Assembly: GCF_006345805.1 (NCBI RefSeq)
Contig: NC_043006.1
Span: 57,846,001-57,910,000, forward strand
Direction: 5' to 3'
From: Octopus sinensis
Taxonomy: Eukaryota
DNA length: 64,000 nucleotides
Positions 1 to 12,315 of the stretch are shown here, in pieces; position 1 is the first letter of the stretch, and each line of letters begins with the position of its first letter. The notes beneath the pieces were generated by a model. The model was not told the origin of the DNA and searched no databases. It saw nothing but the letters and a program-made list of their open reading frames with translations. The position numbers were made by a program, and so were the translations under genes.

Positions 1-76
1 GAGCAAAATGTATACAGTTCGATGTTATCTTCTGCAAAACCCTATTTTATGTGTAAAAAGCTCAAAAGATAAATGA

Positions 77-87
77 TAATAATAATG

Positions 88-121
<34 letters not shown>

Positions 122-127
122 TAATAA
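77..127. repeat. (AAT)n microsatellite
   Basis: Run of ataata triplets read directly. Confidence 0.9.
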
Positions 128-616
128 ACAAATATCTAATGTAAACAAAAGATCACCTTATTAGTTTTATCTTCTACTGTATTGCATTGCAAACTAGAAT
201 CTGAGACAAGAGTCTTTCAATTTGTAGTGAAATTAGCTGAAAGAAAAATCCAGACTGGTTTATTTCTAGGCATTTAATAAGTATAAGAAGTCCATTCTGT
301 GAATCAACAAAGGAAAGGAATAAAAAACAAATATCAGGACAACCAACAGAAGGCCTCACAAACTAAGAAGGGAGCCTGTGTGCCATGTAAGGGAAACTTG
401 TGGCACCGAAGCTGACCTTTTGCATGGCATGTGGAATGTCAAGATTATATAAACAGTGCTCCAACATGGCCACAACGCATGGGTTGGAATAAGTAAAAAA
501 GGACAATTGTTTTTTATTAAAATTTTGGAACATAATCGTCCAGTTTGAATCAAATATAGTTGATTTACTTATTGTATATAACGAATCATTTACGTTATTG
601 GTTCAGCGGTGTAGAC

Positions 617-783
617 CAGTGCTCCACAACCGGTATGCCACAAGATGATGCTAGGTGTGTCACAGTATAACCTGAATATATTTTTTCCCTTATACTTTTA
701 GTTATATTTTTAGTTCAGGTGTGCCACCAAATTTTTGAAAGAATATAAGTGTACCAATGGTGAAAAAAGGTTGTGGAGCACTG
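617..783. mobile_element. hAT-type MITE (167 bp)
   Basis: Perfect 15-bp TIRs CAGTGCTCCACAACC / GGTTGTGGAGCACTG; perfect 8-bp TSD GTGTAGAC at 609-616 and 784-791. An 8-bp TSD is typical of hAT elements. Confidence 0.92.
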
Positions 784-1579
784 GTGTAGACGAATTTATA
801 TGTATTATCTCACAAGGCCTACTGCTGGAAAAATGGTGCTACCCTGACTTGCTATACATAGTTAATCTATGAGCTAGAAATAGCAACCCAAATTACAAAC
901 TACTGTCTTACAAAAGGAAAGGATATATTGGACTATATAATCTTAGATATACAAATAAACAGGGTGGTCACAACTGGATTGCTTTTGAACATAGGTCTGC
1001 TCAATTAAGTTTGAATAGTCTTTAAACAACAACTACTACTACTACTATAACATTTCGATTTCCACAATTAGAATGCAGTTCATATCAAGGAAATTGGCTG
1101 AGCTTTGAGACTTTTCCACATAGAACAAAATGGAGAGCTCTTTCAAATGTAATTTCAAGATAACCAAAAGAAAACATGATAACAGAGAAAAAGAAAAGCA
1201 ATCACAACAACTCTGATGAAGGATGCACATAAAAGGTATCTTCATGATAAGTTATCTGACTCAACTCTATACACATGGTTGTTTGACTGGAAACTGCTGC
1301 TGTTGTGTATAGTTGCTTATGGAGTAAGACAAAAAGAGAGAGTGAATATTCTTCTCAAGGGAAGAGAATCACCTCTAGATTTATATATTTTTCCTATGTT
1401 GGGAGATCTTTTTTCCCATGAGTGAAAGGAGAGGAACAGTATGTATTTCCATATAACCAAGACAAAAGAAAAGATTTTTCATATAATATGGTGTGTGTGT
1501 TTTTTTTTTGTTTTTGTTTTTTTTTGATAGCAGAGTAATCTATTGGTGAAGTACGTAAAAGAACGTAAATATAAGATCA

Positions 1580-2010
1580 AAGATAACATTGTGAATTATT
1601 GATGAGGAGGAAGGAAGCGGGGGCACTCAGACATGCATTAAAAGAAGCATGATCTGACAAATTTCTGAGTGAAATATAGGCTGTGTACAAAGAAATATTA
1701 AAGAGATGGAGGAGAGTGTTGACAAACTTGATGTAGAGGACCAAGAAATTTTAAGTGGATAATATTAAAGCCTTGCAGATAACAAGAAAAGACTCATTAT
1801 TTTCATGATTAGCTCTCATCAAGAAATCCAAGAGAAATAACTCCAGATTTTGAATTAATGAAAATTAATTAAAAATAGAATGATGTGGAGAACGAATCTG
1901 CTGTCATTGTCGGATTGTAGAATTGATGAAGAAGAGTACAGAATTTCATTGAATAAACATTGTGTGTATATAGAAGTATTAATGATCAATCTACAGCTAA
2001 CTTGACAGAG
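1580..2010 (+). pseudogene. Stop-riddled coding-like segment with LRR-like motifs
   Basis: One frame reads ...KEMEESVDKLDVEDQEIL...NLLSLSDCRIDEEEYRISLNK... with several in-frame stops. Resemblance to LxLSxCxI repeats judged by eye only. Confidence 0.3.
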
Positions 2011-2052
2011 AGAAAAAAAGAAAACACCATTTCTCTTTTATTATTGCTCATC

Positions 2053-2670
2053 AATGCTTAGCGGCTTTTCATCAAGCTTTACATTCTGAGTTCAAATTCT
2101 GTCAGGATTAACTTTGCCTTGCATACTTTCAGGTTTGAAGTACCAATCAAGTACTAGGGTTGATGTAATCAACTAGACACCCCCCAATAGTAGAAAGGAT
2201 TATTATTATTATTATCATGATCAGCTGCATTAATATTATGATTATTGGTCATACTTTTTACCATTTTTATAATTATAAAACAAGGCAAAGGACTATGAAG
2301 AAGAAGAAATTGAGATGAAAGGTATGAATTTTGCTTATACTCAAAAGAGTTCAGGTCATAAGAAGGTGGAAAAGAATAAGAAGGAAGAGAGTTTCAAAGT
2401 TTACCAGTTTGAGGGAAAAAAGCTATGAACACAGAAAAGCATTTATATTTGTGGAAACACAACAGAACTGCCCAAGTGCCAGTTAGTGAACTGAGTTTGT
2501 GACAAAGCTTAGGTTGTTATTTCGAATTGCTTCCTTTCCATTATATTGCTGTCTTTTTGAAAGGTATAAATGTTACTAATTCTCACTCCACTCCTCTTTT
2601 AAAGTTAAAGGTTTCACTCATAAAGTTTTGTTAAGGATATAGAATACTAGTAAGAAATTATAATAATCTA

Positions 2671-2701
<31 letters not shown>

Positions 2702-3575
2702 GATGGCAAGCAGGCAGAACCATTAATATACCGGGTGAAATGTTTAGCAGTATTCTATCTGTTTTCACATTCTGAGTTCAAATTCTGCTGAGGTCAACTT
2801 TGCCTTTCATCTTTTCAGGATCAATAAAATAAGTACCAGTTGGGTACTAGGGTCAATGTAATCTACTATCCCTCTCCTCTAAATTTCAGGCCTTGTGCTT
2901 ATAGTAGAAAGGATTATTATTATTGTTGTTTTTGCTATTATTGCAAGTTCAAATTCCACTGAGGTCAACTTTGCCTTTTATCCTTTCAGTGTCAATAAAT
3001 TAAGAACCAGTCAAGTACTGGGGTCAATATAATCGACTATCCCTGCTCCCCACAAATTCCAGGCCTTGTGCCTATAGTAAAAAGGATTATTATAAAAGTG
3101 AATTAGCAAGATTGATTGTTAGAGCCTCATAAAAATGCCTTGTGATATTTTTTCCTGGATCTTTATGTTCTGAATTCAAAGTTGTCAGAATCAACTTTGC
3201 TTTTCATTTTTCGGGGTTTGATAAAATAAAGTACCAGTCAAACACTAGGGGGTGGGGAAAGGGTCAATAAAATAAAGCTCCAATCAAGTACTGGGGGCCA
3301 ATGGTATCAACTAACCTTTTCCCTTAAAACAGTTGGCCTTGTGCCAAAATTAGAAACTATTTTAATTAGTATTAATTACAAATAAATTAGTAGTCATTAG
3401 AACATCAGAAAAAATACCTTGCAGCATTTGTTCTGGTTCTGTATACTCTTAGGTACAAGTTCTGTCAAAGTCAACTTTGCCTTTCCTCTCTCCAGGGTTG
3501 ATAAAATATATTACCACTAACCCCACCTCCCTCACTAATTTATGGCCTTGTGCCTATATTAGAAAACAATTACTA
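2053..3575 (+). mobile_element. Head-to-tail cluster of five copies of one SINE family
   Basis: Shared core gagttcaaatt...gtcaactttgcctttcatcctttc...aagtaccag at about 2053-2215, 2700-2925, 2945-3092, 3095-3365 and 3385-3575; the first three end in att-repeat tails. Confidence 0.85.
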
Positions 3576-3699
3576 TATTATCATCACAGTTCTTCACTTT
3601 ATTAGTTTGAACATATGAAAAAAAATAAAAAAGTAACTCAAGCTTCATTTCCTCCTATGTACTTATTCTAAAGTAAATTGGAAATTTGTGTCAAATCAC

Positions 3700-4010
3700 C
3701 ATAATCATCATCATCACCATAACAGTTGTCATGCCGGTGGAATCTGTGGTGATAATGCCTGTAGTGTTTGTAACAGTGAATGTGGTAGTGGGGATGATGA
3801 AATTAGCACTGAAGGTGCCAGGGTTGATGTTAGCAACCAATATAGGTGTTGAAGTTGTTGTTGTTGGAGGTGGTGGTGGTTGTTGTGGTAATGATGAATG
3901 GTTGTGGCAATAGTGAAACTGATGGCATTGATGGGGGGTGGGGGGTAGTGGCGTGAGTAGTGATATTGTTATTGATAGTGTGTTGTGTTGGTCTGTGGTG
4001 GCAGTAAATT
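3700..4010. repeat. Degenerate (GGT/GAT/GTT)n low-complexity tract
   Basis: Triplet-periodic G/T-rich sequence that explains ORFs 3686-3913 and 3830-4063. Confidence 0.75.
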
Positions 4011-4220
4011 TGGCATATTACAGATGTACATATAAAAACAACAACAACAAGAGGAAGCAACATTTCACAATCACATTAGTGTAGGAGAATGTTTTAAGTG
4101 ATAAACATACAGAAAATTCTACAGACAAGCCACTCAACACTGGAATAGTGCCAGCCAAATACGTGTCAGCCTCTCTTTCTGAATCAGTACATTACATTCT
4201 GCCAAAATTGGGCACAGGCT

Positions 4221-4221
4221 T

Positions 4222-4272
<51 letters not shown>

Positions 4273-4322
4273 CATACACACACACACACACACACACACA
4301 CCACACACACACACACACACAT
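4221..4322. repeat. Compound (TA)n(CA)n microsatellite
   Basis: Read directly. Confidence 0.95.
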
Positions 4323-5729
4323 AGATATTTGTTTTCTGAAGGATAGGTACGTGCAGGAGGTTACATTGTTGTCCTTTTTATAGCAAACTGATGAGTTCAA
4401 GCCATATTTTAGTTATTAGACTCCAGCCATGCTAGGGCACCACCTTGCAGTTCAATGACTATGCAGAAGTAGGTAATAAGGTTTACAACCCTTTTGAGAC
4501 CAATCTGTCTTGAGACTAAGCTGATTTTCTAGTACAAATGTTGGAAAATAGATCAGTGGGTTGTGCCTACTTATTCAGCAGACCACCTTATATGCCCATA
4601 GTACTGCCTGATCAGAGATGATCTAGAGTTATACAACAACAGTTAACATTCTCAGACCTATTTCTCAGACCTATTTATCATATGTCCATAACTAGAAACA
4701 ATCCAATTCCATACACTATGAAATAATTTCTTTTAAGTGACCTAAAGGGGCGTGCTTCAACCAACAAGATAATTATAAAATATTTCTCGTTTTAATCACG
4801 TAATTGGTTCTCCCTTTTTTTCTTTCTTTGCTTTCTACAGCATTACAATTTAGTTTATGATTATATTATACAATAAACTGCCCTTTGACACAGCAGAGTG
4901 ATATACAAACCTTGAAAATTAATGAAAACCGAAAAACGTTAACAGAGAAATCTCAGTTTCCATTGAACTAACACAGACGATAGCATTATACAAAAGATTG
5001 TTCTCTTTTGCTATCTCTGAGTAAACATATCCTTGTATCAGTTTTCGTGATGGAATGCATGTTTTTATTTATCTTTAGCCTTATACAGAAGAACACACTT
5101 CATGACCTACATTTATTCTTACACCCAATATCCATAGATAGAGGGTTCCACTAGACATTTTACTGCACCTAGTGCATATTTTCAACTTGGTATCCAACTG
5201 AAATCGACTCTAGATTTTATTCCTTCCAATAAATTCCTGTAATATGCCAGTCAAACTAATCAACTGTTTGCTTTAAAATGTCTGCCACCTGGTTTAACAC
5301 CATAACCTGGCCTTTGGCAGGTCTTTAGTAGAGACCATTCTTTTACAAATATTCAGGACAGGCTCTTAATCTGACAATAACTTTCTCCCATCAGTCTTGG
5401 AGGACCTAAAAAGTGCTATGCTTGCTACTATTCTTCCTCTAAGCCATTTAGGAAAAAAAAAAATAACACTTGCCAGAAGGCATCTGTATTGGTTATACTT
5501 TAGTGCCTATCATTCAATCACTCAAATTTATATGTAACAATATATAATGCCTCATATTTTACAGATATGAAAGTAAATTCCAAATGTAGTATAGCTGTAA
5601 AAACTATATTGCATTAGAAATTTACTTTGTCTGTAAAATACGAAACACATTTGACATTTCTAAGGTTTGTTTACAAGATGTTACATTCCAAAAGCTATTA
5701 TTATTTAGCATTAAATCATTGTCAGTGGG

Positions 5730-5955
5730 TCATTTAGCTCAATGGTAGAGTATTCAGCCAATATCTGAGGTGCATGGGTTTGAGTTCTGTAGCCATCTGC
5801 TGGCAGCTTTTTTTCAGTCTTATAATAAGTGTAAAATACCCAGTGTCTCCGCTGTTTTCACGGTTATACTGTTTTTGAAATTTACTTTCTTGTCTGTAAA
5901 ATATGAAACACAGTCGATGCTTCCAAAGTTTGTTTACAAAATATAATACTTCGTT
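5730..5955 (+). mobile_element. tRNA-derived SINE; related copy at about 18345-18560 and a 3' fragment at about 5587-5692
   Basis: A box TAGCTCAATGGTAG and B box-like GGGTTTGAGTTC. The 3' part ttgtctgtaaaata[c/t]gaaacaca...gtttgtttacaa is shared with 5625-5680, and more loosely with 18498-18540. Confidence 0.65.
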
Positions 5956-6215
5956 TAAGTTAAATTTTAACCATATGATTTTATTATCATCTACCCAACA
6001 ATTGACCAATACATGAATTTGTTTCTCTTCTGTAACTCAGACTGATGATTTTGACATTCATTTGCCTTAAACTAATAATGCTTTTAATAACCAATAATAT
6101 TTATAGTAAAATCATAAAAGCAGTTAATTAATGCTCCCTATATGTACACTCATCATCATCATATTTCAATATCTGTTTTTTATACTGACATGGGTTGGAC
6201 ACACACACCAATATA

Positions 6216-6625
6216 TATCATCATCATCATTATCGTTTAATGTCCGTTTTCCGCGCTAGCACGGGTTGGACGGTTCGACCGGGATCTGGGAAGCCAGGGG
6301 CTGCACCAGGCTCCAGTCTGATCTGGCAGTGTTTCTACAGCTGGATGCCCTTCCTAACGCCAACCACTCCGCGAGTGTAGTGGGTGCTTTTTACGTGCCA
6401 CCTGCACAGGTGCCAGGTGGGTCTGGCATCGGCCACGATCGGTTGGTGCTTTTAATGTGCCACCGGCACGGAAGCCAGCCAAGGCGGTGCTGGCATCGGC
6501 CACGTTCGGATGGTGCCTTTTTATGTGCCACTGGCACAGAAGCCAGTCGAGGCGGCACTGGCAATGGTCACGTTCGGATAGTGCTTTTTATGTGCCACCG
6601 GCACAGGTATCACAACTACTATTTC
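6216..6625 (-). mobile_element. RTE-tailed retroposon with four internal units of about 65 bp
   Basis: (CAT)n tail at the left end; ggatgcccttcctaacgccaaccac motif; unit gtgc...tgtgccac[c/t]ggcac at about 6384, 6446, 6512 and 6580; many CpGs retained. Confidence 0.85.
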
Positions 6626-6654
6626 CATTGATATTTGTTTCTATATACATATGC

Positions 6655-7127
6655 GGAAGTGCTACCAGTGCCGGTGGCATGTCAAAACTCTGCTTGTGAA
6701 GACCCGTTGAGGCAAGTGACGATCAGAATCGAAATCGATCAATGGAAATCGATCAATGGAAATTGCAGATGTGTTACCAGTGCCGGTGGCATGTAAGAGA
6801 ACTTTCCGTTTCGGGACCGTTGCCAGCACCGCCCCGTTTCGTGTCCGTTGCCAGCCTCGCCTGGCCCTCGTGCCGGTGGCACATAAAAAGCACCATCCGT
6901 TCGTGGCCGTTTGCCAGCTCTGTCTGGCACCAGTGCGGGTGGCACGTAAAAAGCACCCACTACACTCACGGAGTGGTTGGCGTTAGGAAGGGCATCCAGC
7001 CGTAGAAACACTGCCAGATTTGACTGGGCCTGATGAAGCCTTCTGGCTTCACAGACCCCAGTAGAACCGTCCAACCCATGCTAGCATGGAAAACGGACGC
7101 TAAACGATGATGATGATGATGATGATG

Positions 7128-7128
<1 letters not shown>
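6655..7128 (+). mobile_element. RTE-tailed retroposon, young copy
   Basis: gtggttggcgttaggaagggcatccagccgtagaaac...acggacgctaaacgatgatgatg; CpG-rich. Confidence 0.85.
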
Positions 7129-7164
<36 letters not shown>

Positions 7165-7285
7165 TATATATGTATATATTGTAGGTATCAGTCAGAAGAG
7201 TTTAATACCTCTGGGTAGGTACAGTCTTTTGTAAAGTTGTATGGTAGCAGGTGGTTCAGTTGGTAGACTGTAGTTTAGGTTATAT

Positions 7286-7386
7286 AGGAGAAGAAAATGG
7301 ACGTAATAACAAGGGGAAACTCGTTTTTGCTGGTATGCCTGAGTTTCCCTTGTTATTTCCGCTTGTTATTACATCCATTTCCTCCT
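7286..7386. repeat. Small foldback between TA-rich flanks
   Basis: aggagaagaaaatggacgtaataacaaggggaaactc pairs with gagtttcccttgttatt(tccgcttgttatt)acatccatttcctcct; part of the right arm is duplicated. Confidence 0.8.
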
Positions 7387-7424
<38 letters not shown>

Positions 7425-7429
<5 letters not shown>

Positions 7430-7684
7430 AAAAATTAAGAGAAAAACCTCTATTAATCAATTCAATAGTGAAAGACGTTATTCACACCATAGAGAAAAAG
7501 TTAAATATATTATAAAAAACATTATTCTAAAAATCAATGGAGTACATAAACAATAAATAGTAAACAGACTACGTGCATTTCGTGGCTATATTTTCAAATA
7601 GATAATAACAATAAAATCAATTTGATTAAAACTAAATCGATCTAAAATGAATTCTGTTTAAAAATATAGCCACTCATTCAGGTC

Positions 7685-7732
<48 letters not shown>

Positions 7733-8529
7733 GCAATATAATATAAATAATATAATAAATGTACGTATCTTAACTTATAAATTAATTAATAAATATAGAA
7801 AAATATGTGTTTTAACAATAAATAATAGAATAAAATTTAACAGTATTACTTAAAATAAAGACATAACTTATTGAAGAAATTCTGTTGGCTAAAATTTTAA
7901 ACATAATATGTAGAACTTAACATTTATAAGAAATTTATTGCATGAAAACATGGAGTATTTAAAAATTATAAAATAAATAGATAGATAGATAGAAATATGT
8001 ATTTAAGCTATTAAAAAGGCAAAATATATTTTAGCTGTGAGAATAAAAAAAAAAACTGTAATATACCATTTACTGGAAAACTTTAAAGTCTAAATAATTT
8101 CAAACTAGAATACGTAAGTATATTACAGTTAGTTTTTTTCTTATTCTCACAGCTAAATATATTTTGTCTTTTTAACAGCTTGAATACATATTTCTATTTA
8201 TCTATCTGTTTATTTTATAATTTTTGATTACACAATGTTTTCATGCAATAAATTTCTTATAAATGCTAAGTTCTACATATTACGTTTAAAATTTTAAATA
8301 ATAACATATCTTTCTTCGATAAGATATGTTATGCTTTATTTTAAGTAATTCTGTTAAATTTAACTTTTTCTATATGGTGTAAATAACGTCTTTCAACTGT
8401 TGAATTGTTTAATAGATGTTTTTCTCTAAATTTTTATACATATATATTGTGAAATTTGATTTAGAATTGCTAAATTGAATTTTTTCCCTGTAAGTTTGGA
8501 ATCATTTTCCTTACTATTATTATTATAAT

Positions 8530-8530
<1 letters not shown>
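7425..8530 (-). mobile_element. Penelope-like non-coding remnant with inverted (foldback) copy
   Basis: Arms 7833-8066/8118-8361 and 7425-7506/8358-8440 are reverse complements; it contains a hammerhead fold; a homolog lies at 47935-48290. PLE identity is inferred from the hammerhead type and the inverted architecture. Confidence 0.65.
7564..7687 (-). ncRNA. Minimal type I hammerhead ribozyme fold (variant core)
   Basis: Minus strand: AUAGAC-CUGAAUGA-GUGGCUAUAUUUU-(66 nt)-AAAAUAUAGCCAC-GAAA-UGCACG-UA-GUCUGU. Stem I 6 bp (one G-U), stem II 13 bp perfect, GUA cleavage triplet; one extra nt versus CUGANGA. Confidence 0.72.
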
Positions 8531-8739
<209 letters not shown>

Positions 8740-8999
8740 GTTAGTTTTTTTTAATCGATATGGTTGTACACAGGGTAAATGTGTTTGAAAGTTGTGGTTT
8801 CTTTGGTTTGTTTGTTTCCAGACAATACTGATTTTAGTGCTGTTGACACTGCTGGATTGAATGGTACTGCCCAGGTGTCAAAAACATAATGATACCTATA
8901 GAACAGCTGATGATGGAGTTATGTTGGATTGTTGGTATGGCTGTGAAATAGTATCATAACACATCCTTTTGATATATATATATATATATATAAACACGT

Positions 9000-9480
9000 A
9001 TATATGTATGGTCATTGCTAGTCTCAGCTCCTGCTATGATCTCTAGGTGTTATTCCATTTCCTCTTCGGCAACCTCATTAAGGTCATTCGATAGCTGCAA
9101 AGCTCTTTCTGTTGTATTTATGATATATGTATAATTATTTTTTCTCCTATTGTATCTAGCCGTAAGGCATCATGCTGTTATATATGCATAATTCTTTGTC
9201 TGTTGTATGTCTATAATGTTGTGTTGGTTTCTCTCTTAGTACACATTCGCTAACTTCCCAACAGCTTAATAAAAAGCACTGGTGCCTACAAAATTGAGAA
9301 GTATCAATGGTAATTGGTGTGAAACTGCTATGATATTTTGCGCCATTGACTGACAAGGAAAACTCAGCTGCAAATATTCTGTGTATCATGTCTTTGTCTA
9401 ATTTCCCAGCTGTTAAGTTTTCGTCTTGCTTCGCATTTGCTCTGCTTTCGTCTAACTTATTTTCCTTGTATTCTTTCTGC
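9000..9480 (-). mobile_element. Possible degraded LINE 5' / AP-endonuclease fragment
   Basis: A minus frame reads LLNFVGTSAFY*AVGKLANVY*ERNQHNIIDIQQTK, loosely like the APE N-terminal DIIxLQETK motif. Confidence 0.25.
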
Positions 9481-9494
9481 TAAACCCTTGATAT

Positions 9495-10275
9495 CATCAT
9501 CATCATCATCATTTAACATCTGCTTTCCATGCTGGCATGGGTTGGATGGCTTGAGTGCAAGTTGGTAAGCACCAGGTTCTAATCTGATGCAGCCCCCTGG
9601 CTTCCAAGTTTCCAGTCAAATTGTCTAACCTATGCCAGCATGGAAAACATAGGTCGAAAGGCTGGGTCAGCTTCAGCTCTAGAAGTGGTTGGCATTAGGA
9701 AGGGTATCCAGCTGTAGAAACTGTACCAGATCAGATTGGAGTCTGGTGCAGCCTCCTCGCTTGCCAGTCCTCAGTCAAACCGTCCAACCCATGCCAGCAT
9801 GGAAAGCACATGTTAAATGTTGATGATGATATGTATACACACATATATATGTACACATATCAATATACATATATACACACACACACGTATATATGTACAT
9901 ATTTATATACACACACATGTATATATGTACATGTGTGTCATCATCATTTAATGTCCGTTTTCCATGCTGGCATGGGTAGCACATTTTGACTGAAGTCTGG
10001 AGAGCCAGCGACTGCACCAGAATCCAATCTGATCAGGCACTGTTTCTACAGCTAGATGCCCTTCCTAACACCAATCACTCTAAGAGTGTAAGGGGTGCTT
10101 TTTACATGCCACTAGCACAGGAGACAATCGGGTGGACCTGGCATCGATCACATTCAGATAGTGCTTTACATGTTCCACCAGCATGGGGGCCAATCAGGGG
10201 TTACTGGTATCGGCCACATTTGGATGGTGCTTTTTACAAGCCACTGGCACAGGAGCCAGTCAGGGACAACTGGCC
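9495..10275. mobile_element. Three RTE-tail fragments: 9495-9650 (-), 9680-9830 (+), 9938-10275 (-)
   Basis: Each shows ccaacccatgccagcatggaaa (or a close variant) and the (GAT)n/(CAT)n tail. Confidence 0.8.
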
Positions 10276-10359
10276 ACAGCTACAATATTGTATATACACA
10301 CATATACACACACACACATACACACACACACATATATAAGGCAATGTGCTACCAGAATA

Positions 10360-10530
10360 ATTGTGAGCATGCCAGGCAAAATGCTTAGTGGTGTTTCGTC
10401 TGTCTTTACATACAGAGTTGAAATTCTGCTGCACCCGACTTTGCCTTTCATCCTTTCAGGGTCACTATGATAATTTAATTGATTTACTCATTCCCTGAAT
10501 TTACTGGCCTTGTGCCAAAATTTCTGACCA
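10360..10530 (+). mobile_element. SINE, same family as the 2053-3575 cluster
   Basis: aaatgcttagtggt...gactttgcctttcatcctttcaggg...ggccttgtgccaaaattt. Confidence 0.8.
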
Positions 10531-11112
10531 ATGTGTGTGTACATCACCTTCCATATATATATATATCCGATGAGTTGTTCAACTAAACTGCTTGAATAAT
10601 CTGCCAGGCAAAAACAATATTAATTTGACAATAAATTTAAAAATTTAACTCTACTCTTAATATTGAGTCTCCACAATCAGTAAATGCTTCAATGTTATTC
10701 TCAAACTTACTTTAACACACACACACATTCTTGATATTAATAACTTGGAAAATTTTAATTATTTGTCTCAGTCAGTTGGACACCTGATAAGTGTCAATAT
10801 ATAAACAGTTGGGAAATTCTGTGGTTTCTCCTTGATTACTGTTCCTGCTGATAGTAGTATATACCGTGATATAACTGAAGATATACATGAAGTCAGCTAG
10901 GAAGTAGCATTAATTTTTACCATTCTTCAATTTTTTTTCTTAATAGATATGAGGTGCAAATGTGGCTTAGTTGTAAGAACTTTGCTTCCCAATCACATGG
11001 TTCTGGTCTCAATCCCACTGCATGGCACCTTGAGTAACTAACTTCTAACAGGGCCCCAAGCTAACCATAGCCTTGTGAGTGGATTTGGTAAACAGAAACT
11101 AAAAGAAGCATG

Positions 11113-11155
<43 letters not shown>

Positions 11156-11179
11156 TCTCCTTGACATTGCATAATACTC

Positions 11180-11530
11180 TTTTATTCGTTTCAGTCATTT
11201 GACTGTGGTCATGCTGGAGCACCGCCTTTAGTCAAGCAAATCGACCCCAGGACTTATTCTTTGTAAGCCTAGTACTTATTCTATCGGTCTCTTTTGCCGA
11301 ACTGCTAAGTTACGGGGATGTAAACACACCAGCATTGGTTGTCAAGCAATGTTGGGGGGACAAACACAGACACAAAAACATATACACACACACACACACA
11401 TATATATATATACGATGGACTTCTTTCAGTTTCCGTCTACCAAATCCACTCACAAGACTTTGGTCGGCCTGAGGCTAGAGTAGAAGACACTTGTCCAAGG
11501 TGCCACGCAGTAAGACTGAACCCGTCACAA
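11180..11530 (-). mobile_element. Composite tRNA-derived SINE; other copies at about 35090-35470, 45615-45975 and 61400-61770 (-), heads at 10950-11120, 30400-30545, 41445-41620 and 47745-47900 (+)
   Basis: Shared blocks gaagacacttgcccaaggtgcca, ctaccaaatccactcacaagg, ctgctaagttacggggatgtaaacacacc, and an internal (CA)/(TA) tract. Confidence 0.85.
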
Positions 11531-12315
11531 ACTAGTGTCATTCTCGTACAAGCAATGCTATTCATTTTCAATATACTGCATAAATATATCTTCTTATGGG
11601 GAAATATTACTTTGCTTGGCAACAGGTAAGACTTTGCAACAGGAAGAGCATCTGGCCATAGAAAATCATCTGCCTCAAATATATTGCCCAACTATGGAAA
11701 AATGGATATTAAATGATGATGATGTTCATGATATACCCGCCTATAATCTTTACAGACATCACTGCTGTACGGGCATGTGTTGTAGAAAGTCTCCCTCAAT
11801 AAATTCTGTCCAACCAACCCATGCAAGCATGAAAAAGTGGACATTAAAATTATGGTGATGATGCAGTAAATAAACTATTAACTTATCAGTCATGGTATTC
11901 ATATTGTTAATATAAGAGATATCATTTGAAAACATTTTTGTTCTTTTATAATCTACTATGATAATACTCTTGTGTTTTTCTCCGTTTACAGCATATGAAT
12001 GAGAAAGTAAGCGGTGATAGATGAATAAGGAAGGATGGGGGTGATGGCAAACTGGTGGGATGGTGAAGATTCAACTCTGAATGTAGAGAACTTACAAAAT
12101 GAATTTATTTAAGCACAAGAGGAAGAGACAAAATAGGATAAATGAGCTGACACTGTTGTATAACTGGTACTGTGTTCTTGCAGATAGTAGACTTAACATA
12201 CTATTTGGTTTAATATCATCCATAGTCACAGAGTGCCTTTAGCAAGGTTCACTCATTAACAAACATCCATATTAATCTCCAGTCCCTTCCCGGCTACACC
12301 TTTTTCTTGTAGATA

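Noticed and set aside
1223-1260. CTGATGA followed by a 7-bp stem as a hammerhead
   Set aside because: The stem is followed by CATG, not GAAA; no stem III or stem I.
3686-4063. Cys/Gly-rich or Thr-rich ORFs
   Set aside because: Degenerate triplet repeat.
7030-7055. CTGATGAAGCCTTCTGGCTTCA in RTE tails (also at about 33215) as a hammerhead
   Set aside because: It is a simple hairpin; no GAAA or NUH site follows.
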